Shown: positions 1 to 8,417 of the stretch, in pieces | Position numbering within the stretch: position 1 is the first letter of the stretch | Layout: every line of letters starts with the position of its first letter | Assembly (NCBI GenBank): GCA_048882505.1 | Contig: JBHLRO010000001.1 | Coordinates: 360,001-392,000 of the forward strand | Reading direction: 5' to 3' | DNA: 32,000 nt | DNA from: Candidatus Thorarchaeota archaeon | Lineage (GTDB): Archaea; Asgardarchaeota; Heimdallarchaeia; Hodarchaeales; Hodarchaeaceae | Notes under the pieces: generated by a model | Databases searched by the model: none | The model's input: the letters and a program-made list of their open reading frames with translations, nothing else | Told to the model about the DNA's origin: nothing | Made by a program: the position numbers and the translations under genes

Positions 1-258
1 TTTACCCATTTAAGATCTTTTGCTGTATAAGAAAACATACCCTCAAACCTCTTGAACTGGTGCGATCGAACAGACGATTCGGCGTTTCCGACGCCACATA
101 ATTCATCGGGAGCTTTTAGAAAGTGGCAAACGCTCATATCCTGCTTAATCGCGGAAATATGATATTAGAATCGGCCAAAAAAGATGAACTTTGGCACTAG
201 AGAACCTCAGATCCTACGGTCTGATAAGCCCTATCCATCTGGAGTATACATATTCATT

Positions 259-774
259 TTAGCCATAAAGGAGTTTACTCCCACTAGGATCAAATTCCTC
301 CATAGCACCTCTGTTTTTTATAATCATAACTTCAACAATTTTTTTAGCTAGATTATCAGAGATGTCCAAGGACTCTTGTAACCTTTCTAGGAATTCTTTT
401 TCCTTTGTATCCACGATTCCATCTGCTAATACGATATCTACTGCAACTGCAAATGCCGTTTCCTTTAAGTTATGATCTAAGCTGTTTTTAGCGGAATCTA
501 CAATCGTTCCAATTCCTTCTCTTCTAATTATATTCTGAAATCTGTTTAACATGTCTACAACTTGGTTAGGATGGAATCTCCTAAATGCTCTCATCCTTCC
601 AAGAGTATGTATCATGGAATTGATTTCAACCTGATTAATTACGTCATCAGCAGCTACAGAACTCAATGCGATTCCCAAAAAGGCTTCTTCTGTAGATAGC
701 TTTAGTTCTTTGGCACGTAATGAATTTACTTTAAATAAAGAGTCAAATAATCCCAACTTGATACCACCTCTCAT
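259..774 (-). CDS. TerB-family (tellurite resistance TerB-like) protein
   Basis: Two AAD/ADG helical motifs (SSVAADDVINQVE; DIVLADGIVDTKEKEFLERLQESLDI) typical of TerB. The real start is probably TTG at 756 (MGLFDSLF), preceded by GAGGTGG. Confidence 0.85.
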   Translation of the reverse strand: MRGGIKLGLFDSLFKVNSLRAKELKLSTEEAFLGIALSSVAADDVINQVEINSMIHTLGRMRAFRRFHPNQVVDMLNRFQNIIRREGIGTIVDSAKNSLDHNLKETAFAVAVDIVLADGIVDTKEKEFLERLQESLDISDNLAKKIVEVMIIKNRGAMEEFDPSGSKLLYG

Positions 775-928
775 TTAGTTTAGAAAAGCTATTTAAAAAC
801 GCGTATTTGTATCGGTGTTTACTTTTAAAGTTATCTATGCAACTTTCTGCTTCAAAAAACCCCCTAATATTGGGCCTTCCTCTAGCACAATCTATGGGTT
901 GTAATTTGGTCAGGTTTGATTTCAAGAA

Positions 929-991
929 GGCTTAACTGCATTTAGAAACTAGTCAATTCCTTATTCTTGCAGTTTAATGCAGTGTTAAGCC
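929..991. repeat. Imperfect inverted repeat in the TerB/SnoaL intergenic region
   Basis: GGCTTAACTGCATT (929-942) pairs with AATGCAG-tg-TTAAGCC (976-991) with a 2-nt bulge. Confidence 0.55.
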
Positions 992-1351
992 GCCTTAACC
1001 AAATTTATTTCATTTGGTTTGTAATAAGATCGAATACGTCACTCATGTAGGTTCCTAGAGTTCCGAAGTAACGTGCCGTGTCATGAAAGAAATCGTTTCT
1101 TAAACTACATCTCCTCCCGATCTTCATCGACGTTCTCAAACTAAGGAATGAACCTGTAATTCATTATCAAACTGTAATGGTTGATTTTATATCAAAAACG
1201 TCATAAATGCGTCCTCATGAATCCCTCAAGAGATGGGACCTCTGTTTACCAGATCTCCCCGTTTCGTCTCTTTTATTTGTCCTTGAAACTACTTGAAACT
1301 ACCTAAATGCTAGGCCATTTGAAAATTTCGGGCTGATTAAGCAACCAAAAC

Positions 1352-1358
1352 TTTAAAA
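1352..1358 (+). promoter_or_regulatory. Putative archaeal TATA box for the SnoaL gene
   Basis: TTTAAAA preceded by an A-rich BRE-like stretch, about 37 nt upstream of ATG 1395. Confidence 0.4.
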
Positions 1359-1394
1359 CCACCCACTATTATTTGCCCTGGGTTTTAGCACACG

Positions 1395-1913
1395 ATGACT
1401 AATCACAACAAGCAGCTTGTAAGAGATCTAGTTGAATGCATGAATGAGCGAGATTTTGACCGGGGAAAAATGTTGCTTCATCCAGATGTCACCTTTGGTG
1501 TATTTATGACATCGACTGGGAATTTCCATGATGTAAAAGGAATAAATGATGTGATCGCGGTCTTGGAAGCTAATTTTGGAGGGTCCAATGATATTATCTT
1601 TGTTACTAGCAAGATAGTCTGCGAGGGGAATGCAGCATGCCTGTGGGGACTTTTGAAAGGCTCAACCTTCTTGGACGTTGCCCTTGGCCCATTTGAGGTC
1701 AAAGCATCGGCACTGATTGAATTTGAGAAGGAGAAGATGATCCGATTTACATGGATACCTGACACATTTGCCGTGATGCGTTTAATGGGACGGGTCTCAT
1801 TTGTTTCAAATGACCAAGACATAATAAACCAGTATCTCGATAATCTAGTTGAGATGGGGCTAATCCGTGAAACGGACAGAAGGTTAAGACGGCCAAAAGA
1901 ACATGGGGCTTAG
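1395..1913 (+). CDS. NTF2-like / SnoaL-family (ester cyclase-like) protein
   Basis: NKQLVRDLVECMNERDFD...LLHPDV N-terminal pattern, EGNAACLW strand and C-terminal DTFAVMRLMG pattern. Confidence 0.75.
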   Translation: MTNHNKQLVRDLVECMNERDFDRGKMLLHPDVTFGVFMTSTGNFHDVKGINDVIAVLEANFGGSNDIIFVTSKIVCEGNAACLWGLLKGSTFLDVALGPFEVKASALIEFEKEKMIRFTWIPDTFAVMRLMGRVSFVSNDQDIINQYLDNLVEMGLIRETDRRLRRPKEHGA

Positions 1914-2075
1914 ATTATGACTGCTCTATGATGAAGTTAAAAAACCAGAAACGAATAGGTTCTTCAACAGACGGTGATAGAAAATCGCAATTTAACATGA
2001 GACTACGATCATTGTAAATTCTAGGAAGAATAAAATGCGCAGACAACAGACAATTTTTGAAAAGAGGTTTGAATC

Positions 2076-2948
2076 ATGGATAAAACCGATATTAGATCTC
2101 TCCTTGCTGTTTTGATTGTGGTAATCATTGCTTCGGTTCTCGCACTCGCGGGAAGTGATGGAGGAACAACTGTTTTTAGCGGAATCCCAATATTTGCTCT
2201 TGGGGTGCTTATTACTTTTCTCATTCAATGGATTGCATTTATCCCTTCATATATCAAGCGAACGGAGAAATTTTTCGATTTAACTGGCTCGTTCACTTAT
2301 ATTTTTGTTGTGGTTTTTGCTGTACTACTGAGTCCTCTCAATATTCGGTCCGTAGTTTTGATGGTTCTAATTCTAATTTGGGCACTTCGTTTGGGGGCAT
2401 TTCTCTTTATTCGTGTCTTAAGAGCTGGAGAAGATCGCCGATTTGCGACACTCAAGCATTCTGCGTCACGATTTCTAATAACTTGGACGCTTCAAGGACT
2501 CTGGGTAAGTTTTACTGTTGCTGCTGCATTAGCAGCAATCACAACAACACAAGGAGAAGATTTTGGTGTTTTTGGTATTTTAGGTGTTCTCATTTGGATC
2601 ATAGGGTTTGGATTTGAAGCTATCGCAGATTACCAAAAGAATAAATGGAGGTCAATCCCAGAAAATAAGGGAAAATTCATTACGACCGGGTTATGGTCAA
2701 TTTCCAGGCACCCTAATTATTTCGGTGAAATCATTCTCTGGGTTGGTATCGCGATAATTGCGTTACCCACACTTGCTGGCTGGCGTTTCCTCACTCTAAT
2801 CTCCCCCGTTTTTGTGACCCTTCTTTTGACTAAAGTGAGTGGGATTCCATTACTAGAAAATTATGCAGAGGCAAAATGGGGTGGGTTGGAAGAATATGAG
2901 GAGTATAAAAGAAAGACTCCTGTTTTAATCCCTAAACTTCCTCTTTGA
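2076..2948 (+). CDS. DUF1295 / steroid 5-alpha-reductase-like membrane protein
   Basis: Multi-TM protein with EKFFDLTGS, WALRLG, EDRRF, EAIADYQK, GLWSISRHPNYFGE and GIPLLE motifs. Confidence 0.92.
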   Translation: MDKTDIRSLLAVLIVVIIASVLALAGSDGGTTVFSGIPIFALGVLITFLIQWIAFIPSYIKRTEKFFDLTGSFTYIFVVVFAVLLSPLNIRSVVLMVLILIWALRLGAFLFIRVLRAGEDRRFATLKHSASRFLITWTLQGLWVSFTVAAALAAITTTQGEDFGVFGILGVLIWIIGFGFEAIADYQKNKWRSIPENKGKFITTGLWSISRHPNYFGEIILWVGIAIIALPTLAGWRFLTLISPVFVTLLLTKVSGIPLLENYAEAKWGGLEEYEEYKRKTPVLIPKLPL

Positions 2949-2985
2949 ACAGCTCCATTGTTTTTCTTCAATAAATGGAGACAGC

Positions 2986-3720
2986 TTGGTATTCTTGGAA
3001 CCGGAGGACAACCTCTTGGAACCGTATATAATCGAAAAAAAACTCGGATTTCGGAGACGATTGGTTCACTACTTCCTACTTCATCTAGCTCGGATGATTT
3101 TTTGGCTTATTCCTTTCAAAGTAAATGGAAAGGAGAATCTACCTGATGAGGGTATCCCCACCTTACTTGTCTCTAACCATATATCACATATGGATTCGAT
3201 TTATACAGCAGTAGCAGCCTTTCCTGTGAAACGAGCCATTCGGTTTACTGGTGCTGCCGATTTCATGCGAAAAATTATGTTTCGGTGGACAAAATACGAA
3301 CTAGCCTTCCCTGTTGGCCGGGGATCCAAAGAGAGAGATAGGTTTATTCGCAAAACTCTCACATTATTAAAAAATAATGAAACCGTGGGCATTTATCCTG
3401 AGGGGGGGAGATCAAGAACGGGCAAATTTCAATTGGATCGCGTTAAGGTAGGGGCTGGATGGATAGCTAAGTTGGCAGGTCATAAAACCAAAGTTGTCCC
3501 TGTATATGTTTATGGTACAAATAGGATCATCCCCGTGGGAAAATTTTTCCGTTTGAACCTCCATGCTCCTGTACGGATTTATTTCGGCCCTCCTCTTGAT
3601 CTGACTCCCTATTATACCTTGCCCAATAGCCTTGAAACCTCGCAATTGATAACTCAGGAAGTTATCAAAGGAATTCTCGCTGAACAGCGGAAATGCTTTC
3701 TAGATCTAAACTTCTCCTGA
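2986..3720 (+). CDS. plsC: 1-acyl-glycerol-3-phosphate (lysophospholipid) acyltransferase, PlsC family
   Basis: Catalytic NHxxxxD (NHISHMD), YPEGGRS block and VVPVYVYGT. Confidence 0.88.
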   Translation: MVFLEPEDNLLEPYIIEKKLGFRRRLVHYFLLHLARMIFWLIPFKVNGKENLPDEGIPTLLVSNHISHMDSIYTAVAAFPVKRAIRFTGAADFMRKIMFRWTKYELAFPVGRGSKERDRFIRKTLTLLKNNETVGIYPEGGRSRTGKFQLDRVKVGAGWIAKLAGHKTKVVPVYVYGTNRIIPVGKFFRLNLHAPVRIYFGPPLDLTPYYTLPNSLETSQLITQEVIKGILAEQRKCFLDLNFS

Positions 3721-3745
3721 TAAAAAAAAAGAGGAAAAGGGGAAT
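3721..3745 (-). terminator. Pyrimidine/T-run terminator downstream of heliorhodopsin
   Basis: The minus strand reads ...CCCCTTTTCCTCTTTTTTTTTA (A9 at 3722-3730 on +) just after the HeR stop, between convergent genes. Confidence 0.6.
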
Positions 3746-3751
3746 GAGGCG

Positions 3752-4588
3752 TCAGGCGAAGATTAGACCCATAAAAACAAGCCAAGCTAGCGCAGATTTT
3801 GCAACCAAACTCAGGATTTGATAACCTCGTTCTCCAAACAGATAATCTTTCCAAGGCCCTATGCGTTTATACTGAAGAAACATGTTAAGGGCGAAACTAT
3901 TGAAGAAGATGAAATACATTACAACAGCTACATAGATAAATGTCGGAATGGCTTGATCTACGCCTAAATCGAAACTGAGGAATGTTCCAAGAATGACAAT
4001 CCAGGGCATGATCCCTGCAATCCAACCAAGCCAATACGGAAGCCAGTTCGTGTGTGTTGTGTATTGATTGTATTTTTCCATCAATAATCCAAACATGTTC
4101 ATTAAGAAATTCAATACAAATATCAATGCAATAACCCAGAAATCCAGAATACCAAATGCTAGGGAAATGAAGATGATCATGACTGAAGAACTAAAAGCAT
4201 ATTCCCACCAACGGACTGGATTCATTTTATTTTTTAGATTCTCGACATAAGAATTGTTCAATGGATAAGCAATCAGAAAATGGGCAACTGCGGACATAAA
4301 AAGGAAGCTAGCCAATAATATCCCAGCTATGTTCTCGAACGCAAAAAAAACTTCAGGTTCAGGTCCAAAAATCGGTTTTGTTCCTGTTAATTGCTTAATC
4401 ACTAATTTTGATATATAAATGTCCACGCTGAAGTTTTTAATTTCATCTATGATCAGACTAAGACCGAAAACTAAGATACTTTGTATTAAATGCAATATAG
4501 CCATCGCAATATTAAATTTCTTTAGGTAAGACATACTTATCGACGATGTTTCTCCACTTGTAAATGTGAATTCACTCATTCTTCTCAA
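3752..4588 (-). CDS. heR: Heliorhodopsin (HeR)
   Basis: Seven TM segments. LHLIQ (TM1 His), AVAHF (TM2 His), NPVRWWEYAFSSSVM (TM3 R-W-x-E-Y counterion) and GERGYQILSLVAKSALAW (retinal Lys, codon 3797-3799). Likely start is ATG 4579. Confidence 0.95.
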   Translation of the reverse strand: MRRMSEFTFTSGETSSISMSYLKKFNIAMAILHLIQSILVFGLSLIIDEIKNFSVDIYISKLVIKQLTGTKPIFGPEPEVFFAFENIAGILLASFLFMSAVAHFLIAYPLNNSYVENLKNKMNPVRWWEYAFSSSVMIIFISLAFGILDFWVIALIFVLNFLMNMFGLLMEKYNQYTTHTNWLPYWLGWIAGIMPWIVILGTFLSFDLGVDQAIPTFIYVAVVMYFIFFNSFALNMFLQYKRIGPWKDYLFGERGYQILSLVAKSALAWLVFMGLIFA

Positions 4589-4618
4589 ACCTCTTCTTAG
4601 AGATAATTAAAGGGAAAT

Positions 4619-4641
4619 TACCTCTATTATTAATACCTCTA
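4619..4641 (-). promoter_or_regulatory. Direct repeat TAGAGGTA-N7-TAGAGGTA upstream of the HeR TATA-like box
   Basis: TACCTCTA at 4619-4626 and 4634-4641 on +. TTTAATTA lies on - about 26 nt before ATG 4579. Confidence 0.4.
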
Positions 4642-4661
4642 GCATTTCCAAAGCAGTCTCA

Positions 4662-5765
4662 TCACAGCTGGGCCATGACGAAGTTAAATACATCACTCAT
4701 ATAATTTCCTAGGATTCCAAAATAGTAGGCGGTGTCTTCAAAGAACTGTCTCATAAACTTCTTTTCATCTGGATCTATGCTTATTTGCTCGAGTTCTGGG
4801 ATAAACCTACTATTCATGATTAGCTTGATCTGATTGATTTTATGGCGGGAGAGTTGGATCCGGGTACTTATGAATGATTGAAGAGAGGAACTGGGAGTGT
4901 AATACTTCTTGCGATCATTCGGTTTCTTCACAATGGTAACGAATTTCTGTCTATCCAGCAGAGTCAAAGCTTCCGAAATGGCAGCACGGCGAGATCCCGT
5001 CACCCTCTGTATTTCTTCTTGTGTGATAGGATCTTTATCCATGAATAACATGAAAAACGTATAAGCGAGGTCTTTATTTGTTCCAGTACCGCTGCCTTGG
5101 CCCAGCTTTAACATTTCCTCCATAAAATCGCGTTTAATCTGATCTAAGTTATCATCTTCAGGAATTGGAATCTTTCCATGTTGAAGTTTTCTGGTTACGT
5201 CTTTTGTTAAATCTGATTCAGATATAAATTCCTTCAAACTCGGTGGATATTCCGGGTTTTCAAAATAACCTTCCAGGCAAGCCTCATAGGGACCCATCAC
5301 TACCTGAATGTAATAATTATATTTGTAGAAAAAGACCATGAAATCTTTGGTGTGATTAACTTCTTCATTTTGTGGCCCTAAAGCCTGACACCTTCTCAGC
5401 AAAGCAGGTACAAAATCTAGGTTGAATGCAATTGTTTTTAATGCTCCTCCAAACATTCTCTTGATGTATTCTGGGAATTTTAGAGGTACATAGTAATAAT
5501 TTCTACTATCCCCCCGTTTCCTGGTTTTAAGCACGGGTATGCCACGGGGATCATTTATTAAGAGCGAGAGAGTTTCAGAAATCGTAGATCTGCTCAGTCC
5601 AGTAAGATCCATTAACTCCTTCTGAGTAATCTTTTTTCGTTCCATCAAGAGTGCGTAGATTATTAGTGTAATATTTGGATCATGCCAATCTAGGAGTTGC
5701 ACCATAAACTGTAAATAGTCTATTTTCAGCTGAAATAATGCTTCATTGGTGTCAGTTTTCTCCAT
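4662..5765 (-). CDS. Tandem (duplicated) GbsR/MarR-family winged-helix transcriptional regulator
   Basis: Two homologous wHTH units: ITQKELMDLTGLSRSTISETLSLL...RGDSRNYYY and ITQEEIQRVTGSRRAAISEALTLL...KPNDRKKYY. Confidence 0.85.
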   Translation of the reverse strand: MEKTDTNEALFQLKIDYLQFMVQLLDWHDPNITLIIYALLMERKKITQKELMDLTGLSRSTISETLSLLINDPRGIPVLKTRKRGDSRNYYYVPLKFPEYIKRMFGGALKTIAFNLDFVPALLRRCQALGPQNEEVNHTKDFMVFFYKYNYYIQVVMGPYEACLEGYFENPEYPPSLKEFISESDLTKDVTRKLQHGKIPIPEDDNLDQIKRDFMEEMLKLGQGSGTGTNKDLAYTFFMLFMDKDPITQEEIQRVTGSRRAAISEALTLLDRQKFVTIVKKPNDRKKYYTPSSSLQSFISTRIQLSRHKINQIKLIMNSRFIPELEQISIDPDEKKFMRQFFEDTAYYFGILGNYMSDVFNFVMAQL

Positions 5766-5860
5766 AAAATATCACTTAGTCGTGGATTGCTGAAATTGGG
5801 CCGATTCAAGGTTTTCTTGAGGAATATAAGAAACTAGTTTTTCCGGTAAAATTCCGAAAA

Positions 5861-6217
5861 TTGTTCTTCCAAGGAATCCCCTTAAAGCGAAATAAAGTTC
5901 CTATTCCAAAATACGAGGCAAGATTGAAGATCGTAGCTTATCTGGATAAAATTGATATTTCTGGTCATAATTTTCGAATTCAGGTCACTCTCCGCTGGTG
6001 GGCGCAGAACAGTTGTGAGACAACGACCACAGCTCCATCAACAACGGACAACCCCACAACTACCGAAACCACCCCAACACCCACCACCACTACCACAACC
6101 AGCCAAACGACCACAAGATCTGTGGTAGACACACCGTTGGATATTACGCTAATTCCGATAGCAATTCTTCTTCTATGGATATATTCACAGAAAAAGGAAC
6201 GAAAAAGGCGCGACTGA
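5861..6217 (+). CDS. Thr-rich linker plus C-terminal TM anchor; probable 3' remnant of a cell-surface protein
   Basis: TTTTAPSTTDNPTTTETTPTPTTTTTTSQTTT followed by ITLIPIAILLLWIY and the basic tail SQKKERKRRD. No signal peptide; weak TTG start. Confidence 0.55.
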   Translation: MFFQGIPLKRNKVPIPKYEARLKIVAYLDKIDISGHNFRIQVTLRWWAQNSCETTTTAPSTTDNPTTTETTPTPTTTTTTSQTTTRSVVDTPLDITLIPIAILLLWIYSQKKERKRRD

Positions 6218-6250
6218 TTAACGATTCCCTTAGACTGGGCAAGAAGATGT

Positions 6251-6514
6251 TCAGGGGGATATGGCTTGGTTATTGATCAAGCGGGTTTCCTGCACCTCGT
6301 CCCTCACTCCGTGCAGGATGGTCTCTAAATCTCTGATAAAGTGGAGGAGCGAATTCACAATGGCTATATAGTGGTGGGGGTTATCATCGGGCGAGGTGGT
6401 TTGGTACTCGTTCACTAGTCCTAAAAAATCATGGGAAATAGAAAGAAATTGGGCTGTGGTTTCTGGAGTTAACTTCGTTGACGGGGTGGAAGCACCACTG
6501 ACTGCCATGGTCAA
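6251..6514 (-). CDS. Hypothetical helical protein
   Basis: 87-aa ORF translationally coupled to 6511..6714. Likely ATG at 6508. Confidence 0.55.
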   Translation of the reverse strand: MTMAVSGASTPSTKLTPETTAQFLSISHDFLGLVNEYQTTSPDDNPHHYIAIVNSLLHFIRDLETILHGVRDEVQETRLINNQAISP

Positions 6515-6714
6515 GTCCAGCCTTTGATGACCTCTAACACAAACTCTGCCATTTCAAGATCGGTCTCCGCAGGGCCATTCTGACTAATGAACCGTGAGAT
6601 TTTCGCGTGCTCTTGGATTTGTAGATTGTCGAAGACATCAGGATGGAGCCGTTGGAGCCGGTTCAACAGCATGTACACTTGGGTCACTTGGATTAGGTTT
6701 GTCGTATATGACAT
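6511..6714 (-). CDS. Hypothetical protein
   Basis: 67-aa ORF with GGGGT SD-like sequence and TATTTAAA (6759-6766, minus strand) upstream. Confidence 0.6.
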   Translation of the reverse strand: MSYTTNLIQVTQVYMLLNRLQRLHPDVFDNLQIQEHAKISRFISQNGPAETDLEMAEFVLEVIKGWT

Positions 6715-6816
6715 GTCTCAAACCCCTGATATGAGGTCAACCCATTACCGCCTTGGCCTTTAAATACTAGAAAAAATCGCTCGGACACACTCTCCATTTA
6801 TTTCGCAGTTCTCTCA

Positions 6817-7650
6817 TCAACCAGATCGTGCTACTTTTTCGATCTGCACTTCGGTTTTTTTATCAATGACAACGATCCCCTTCGGTTCTGTAGCATCTAC
6901 TATGATCCTGGTCGTTTCTATTCTCGAAAATGGTTTGATGCGAGGGTAAGTTGGAGGGGGAATTTTACGAACATACCCTTTAAGATGAAACACTTGCCCT
7001 TGAGTCACGGATGCATAGGTTAACCTATCCTTCAGAATGGTGGGCGACACGAGCAATGTAACTTTCTCTTCGACGGGTCTGAAGGTCACTGTGATGGCGA
7101 TTTGCTTGTTGATAACCTGGCACTCGACAAACTGGCCCTCTTTAACTTTCAAATTCTCTCTGGTTATCTGATCCATCCTCAGGATGGGAAGACCAGAATC
7201 TCTGCTATGGAGGGGTAACACTCGTACCCCCAGCCTTCGTTCACTACCTTCGGCCCACACTGCCATATATTCCGCCCGATCAATCCCTAACAGGTGCATT
7301 TGGGACGGTTCCATCCGAACGAGGCCCCGTCCTTCATCGGACGGATACGAATGCGCCACTCGGAAGGTGAAAACCGATTCTAAATCACGATAGCGGGGCG
7401 CGATTTCAATCTGGGTCGCGGAAGTGACGATCACCCCAGGGTCATTGGGAACAATCTCCATAATTCGATAGAACCAGTCACGCCTGCCAGGACGGCCCAC
7501 TCGGAGAAATTTGTCAGAACGAACCGTTTCCTGGAATTTTTTTGAGAGTTTAGGAAGGATGTGTTTGAGGGTCGTATGCTGAAGAGCAGGAGAAGAGGGA
7601 ATCCGAACCACAGGCGCCACTACTATCTTATCTGCAATCCTTTCTGCCAT
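6817..7650 (-). CDS. Stand-alone Cdc48/VAT N-domain protein (CDC48_2 + double-psi barrel + CDC48_2; no AAA ATPase)
   Basis: DPBB pattern VAHSYPSDEGRGLVRM...LGI...DSGLPILRMDQITRENLKVKEGQFV, flanked by two ADKIVVAP/AITVTFRP...T.P.G.V.....T.I.I subdomains. No Walker A/B. Confidence 0.8.
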   Translation of the reverse strand: MAERIADKIVVAPVVRIPSSPALQHTTLKHILPKLSKKFQETVRSDKFLRVGRPGRRDWFYRIMEIVPNDPGVIVTSATQIEIAPRYRDLESVFTFRVAHSYPSDEGRGLVRMEPSQMHLLGIDRAEYMAVWAEGSERRLGVRVLPLHSRDSGLPILRMDQITRENLKVKEGQFVECQVINKQIAITVTFRPVEEKVTLLVSPTILKDRLTYASVTQGQVFHLKGYVRKIPPPTYPRIKPFSRIETTRIIVDATEPKGIVVIDKKTEVQIEKVARSG

Positions 7651-7734
7651 CCTAGTCCCTTCACCCCCTCAAGATACCAAAACCGCTTAAATACTCGAAG
7701 TGAAATCCAAGGGTTCTGGTCTCAATATTTTCGC

Positions 7735-7744
7735 CTATATAAAT
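7735..7744. promoter_or_regulatory. TATA elements in the divergent Cdc48-N / ERCC4 intergenic region
   Basis: CTATATAAAT about 20 nt before ATG 7764, plus CTTAAATA near 7686, in a 113-bp divergent gap. Confidence 0.45.
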
Positions 7745-7763
7745 TACCACCCGTTCTGTTGGA

Positions 7764-8417
7764 ATGAAGGCAAAATGTATGGCAGATCTCCTCCTCTGTA
7801 CCAACGAACCTGATATTCTTGCCATGTATCTCGAACAAGAAGATCATACAATCGTCCGCAAGGCATTGAAAGGGCGTGATTTTGAGGGGGCCACCATTAT
7901 TGGGGAGATCAAACGTAAGGGCGACCTATTTCGCTCCATCCAGGATCGACGGTACATCAATCAGATGAAACGGATGCGCGAGTCCGGAAAACGCCCTTTC
8001 GTGATTCTTGCCGATGTCATTCGAGATGAACGATATCGTCTGGAGCCCGTTTTGGGTGCCCTCTTAACTGCGGCCTTCCATTATGGGGTGACCCTCATTC
8101 CTGTTCCGAATAATGAGCAAATCATTGCCTGGGTGATTCATAAACTCCTTACGGACATTGAGGGCCAGACCCCGAATCCCAATCGGTTTCAAAGCTATGA
8201 CTTCACCCCAAACCTCCATCAAAATATTACTGTCAATATGTTACGGATGATCCCCGGGGTCGGATTACGACGGGCCATCACCGTTGGCACCAAATATCCC
8301 AGCATCGTGGCGATAGGTAATGCCCCCCTCACTGACCTCCAAGCGCTCGAAGGTATTGGCCCGAAATTGGGTGCCAAAATCTTGCGTGCTATCACGCAGG
8401 GGACGCTTCAGGAGTAG
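7764..8417 (+). CDS. ERCC4/XPF-type structure-specific nuclease with tandem HhH
   Basis: RDF...EIKRKGDL (variant of GD-x(n)-ERKxxxD), RRYINQMKRM, and C-terminal (HhH)2 IPGVGLRRA / LEGIGPKLG. Confidence 0.85.
   Translation: MKAKCMADLLLCTNEPDILAMYLEQEDHTIVRKALKGRDFEGATIIGEIKRKGDLFRSIQDRRYINQMKRMRESGKRPFVILADVIRDERYRLEPVLGALLTAAFHYGVTLIPVPNNEQIIAWVIHKLLTDIEGQTPNPNRFQSYDFTPNLHQNITVNMLRMIPGVGLRRAITVGTKYPSIVAIGNAPLTDLQALEGIGPKLGAKILRAITQGTLQE

Noticed and set aside
1-137. Minus-strand frame open off the left edge (ATG 137 or ATG 38)
   Set aside because: Too little sequence to call a product.
44-147. Plus-strand frame reading AIEQTIRRFRR..., vaguely like a transposase C-terminal motif
   Set aside because: Bounded by stops, with no start, no DDE context and no terminal repeats.
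1282-1301. CTTGAAACTA x2 tandem, reminiscent of CRISPR repeat ends
   Set aside because: Only two abutting 10-mers, with no spacers and no cas genes.
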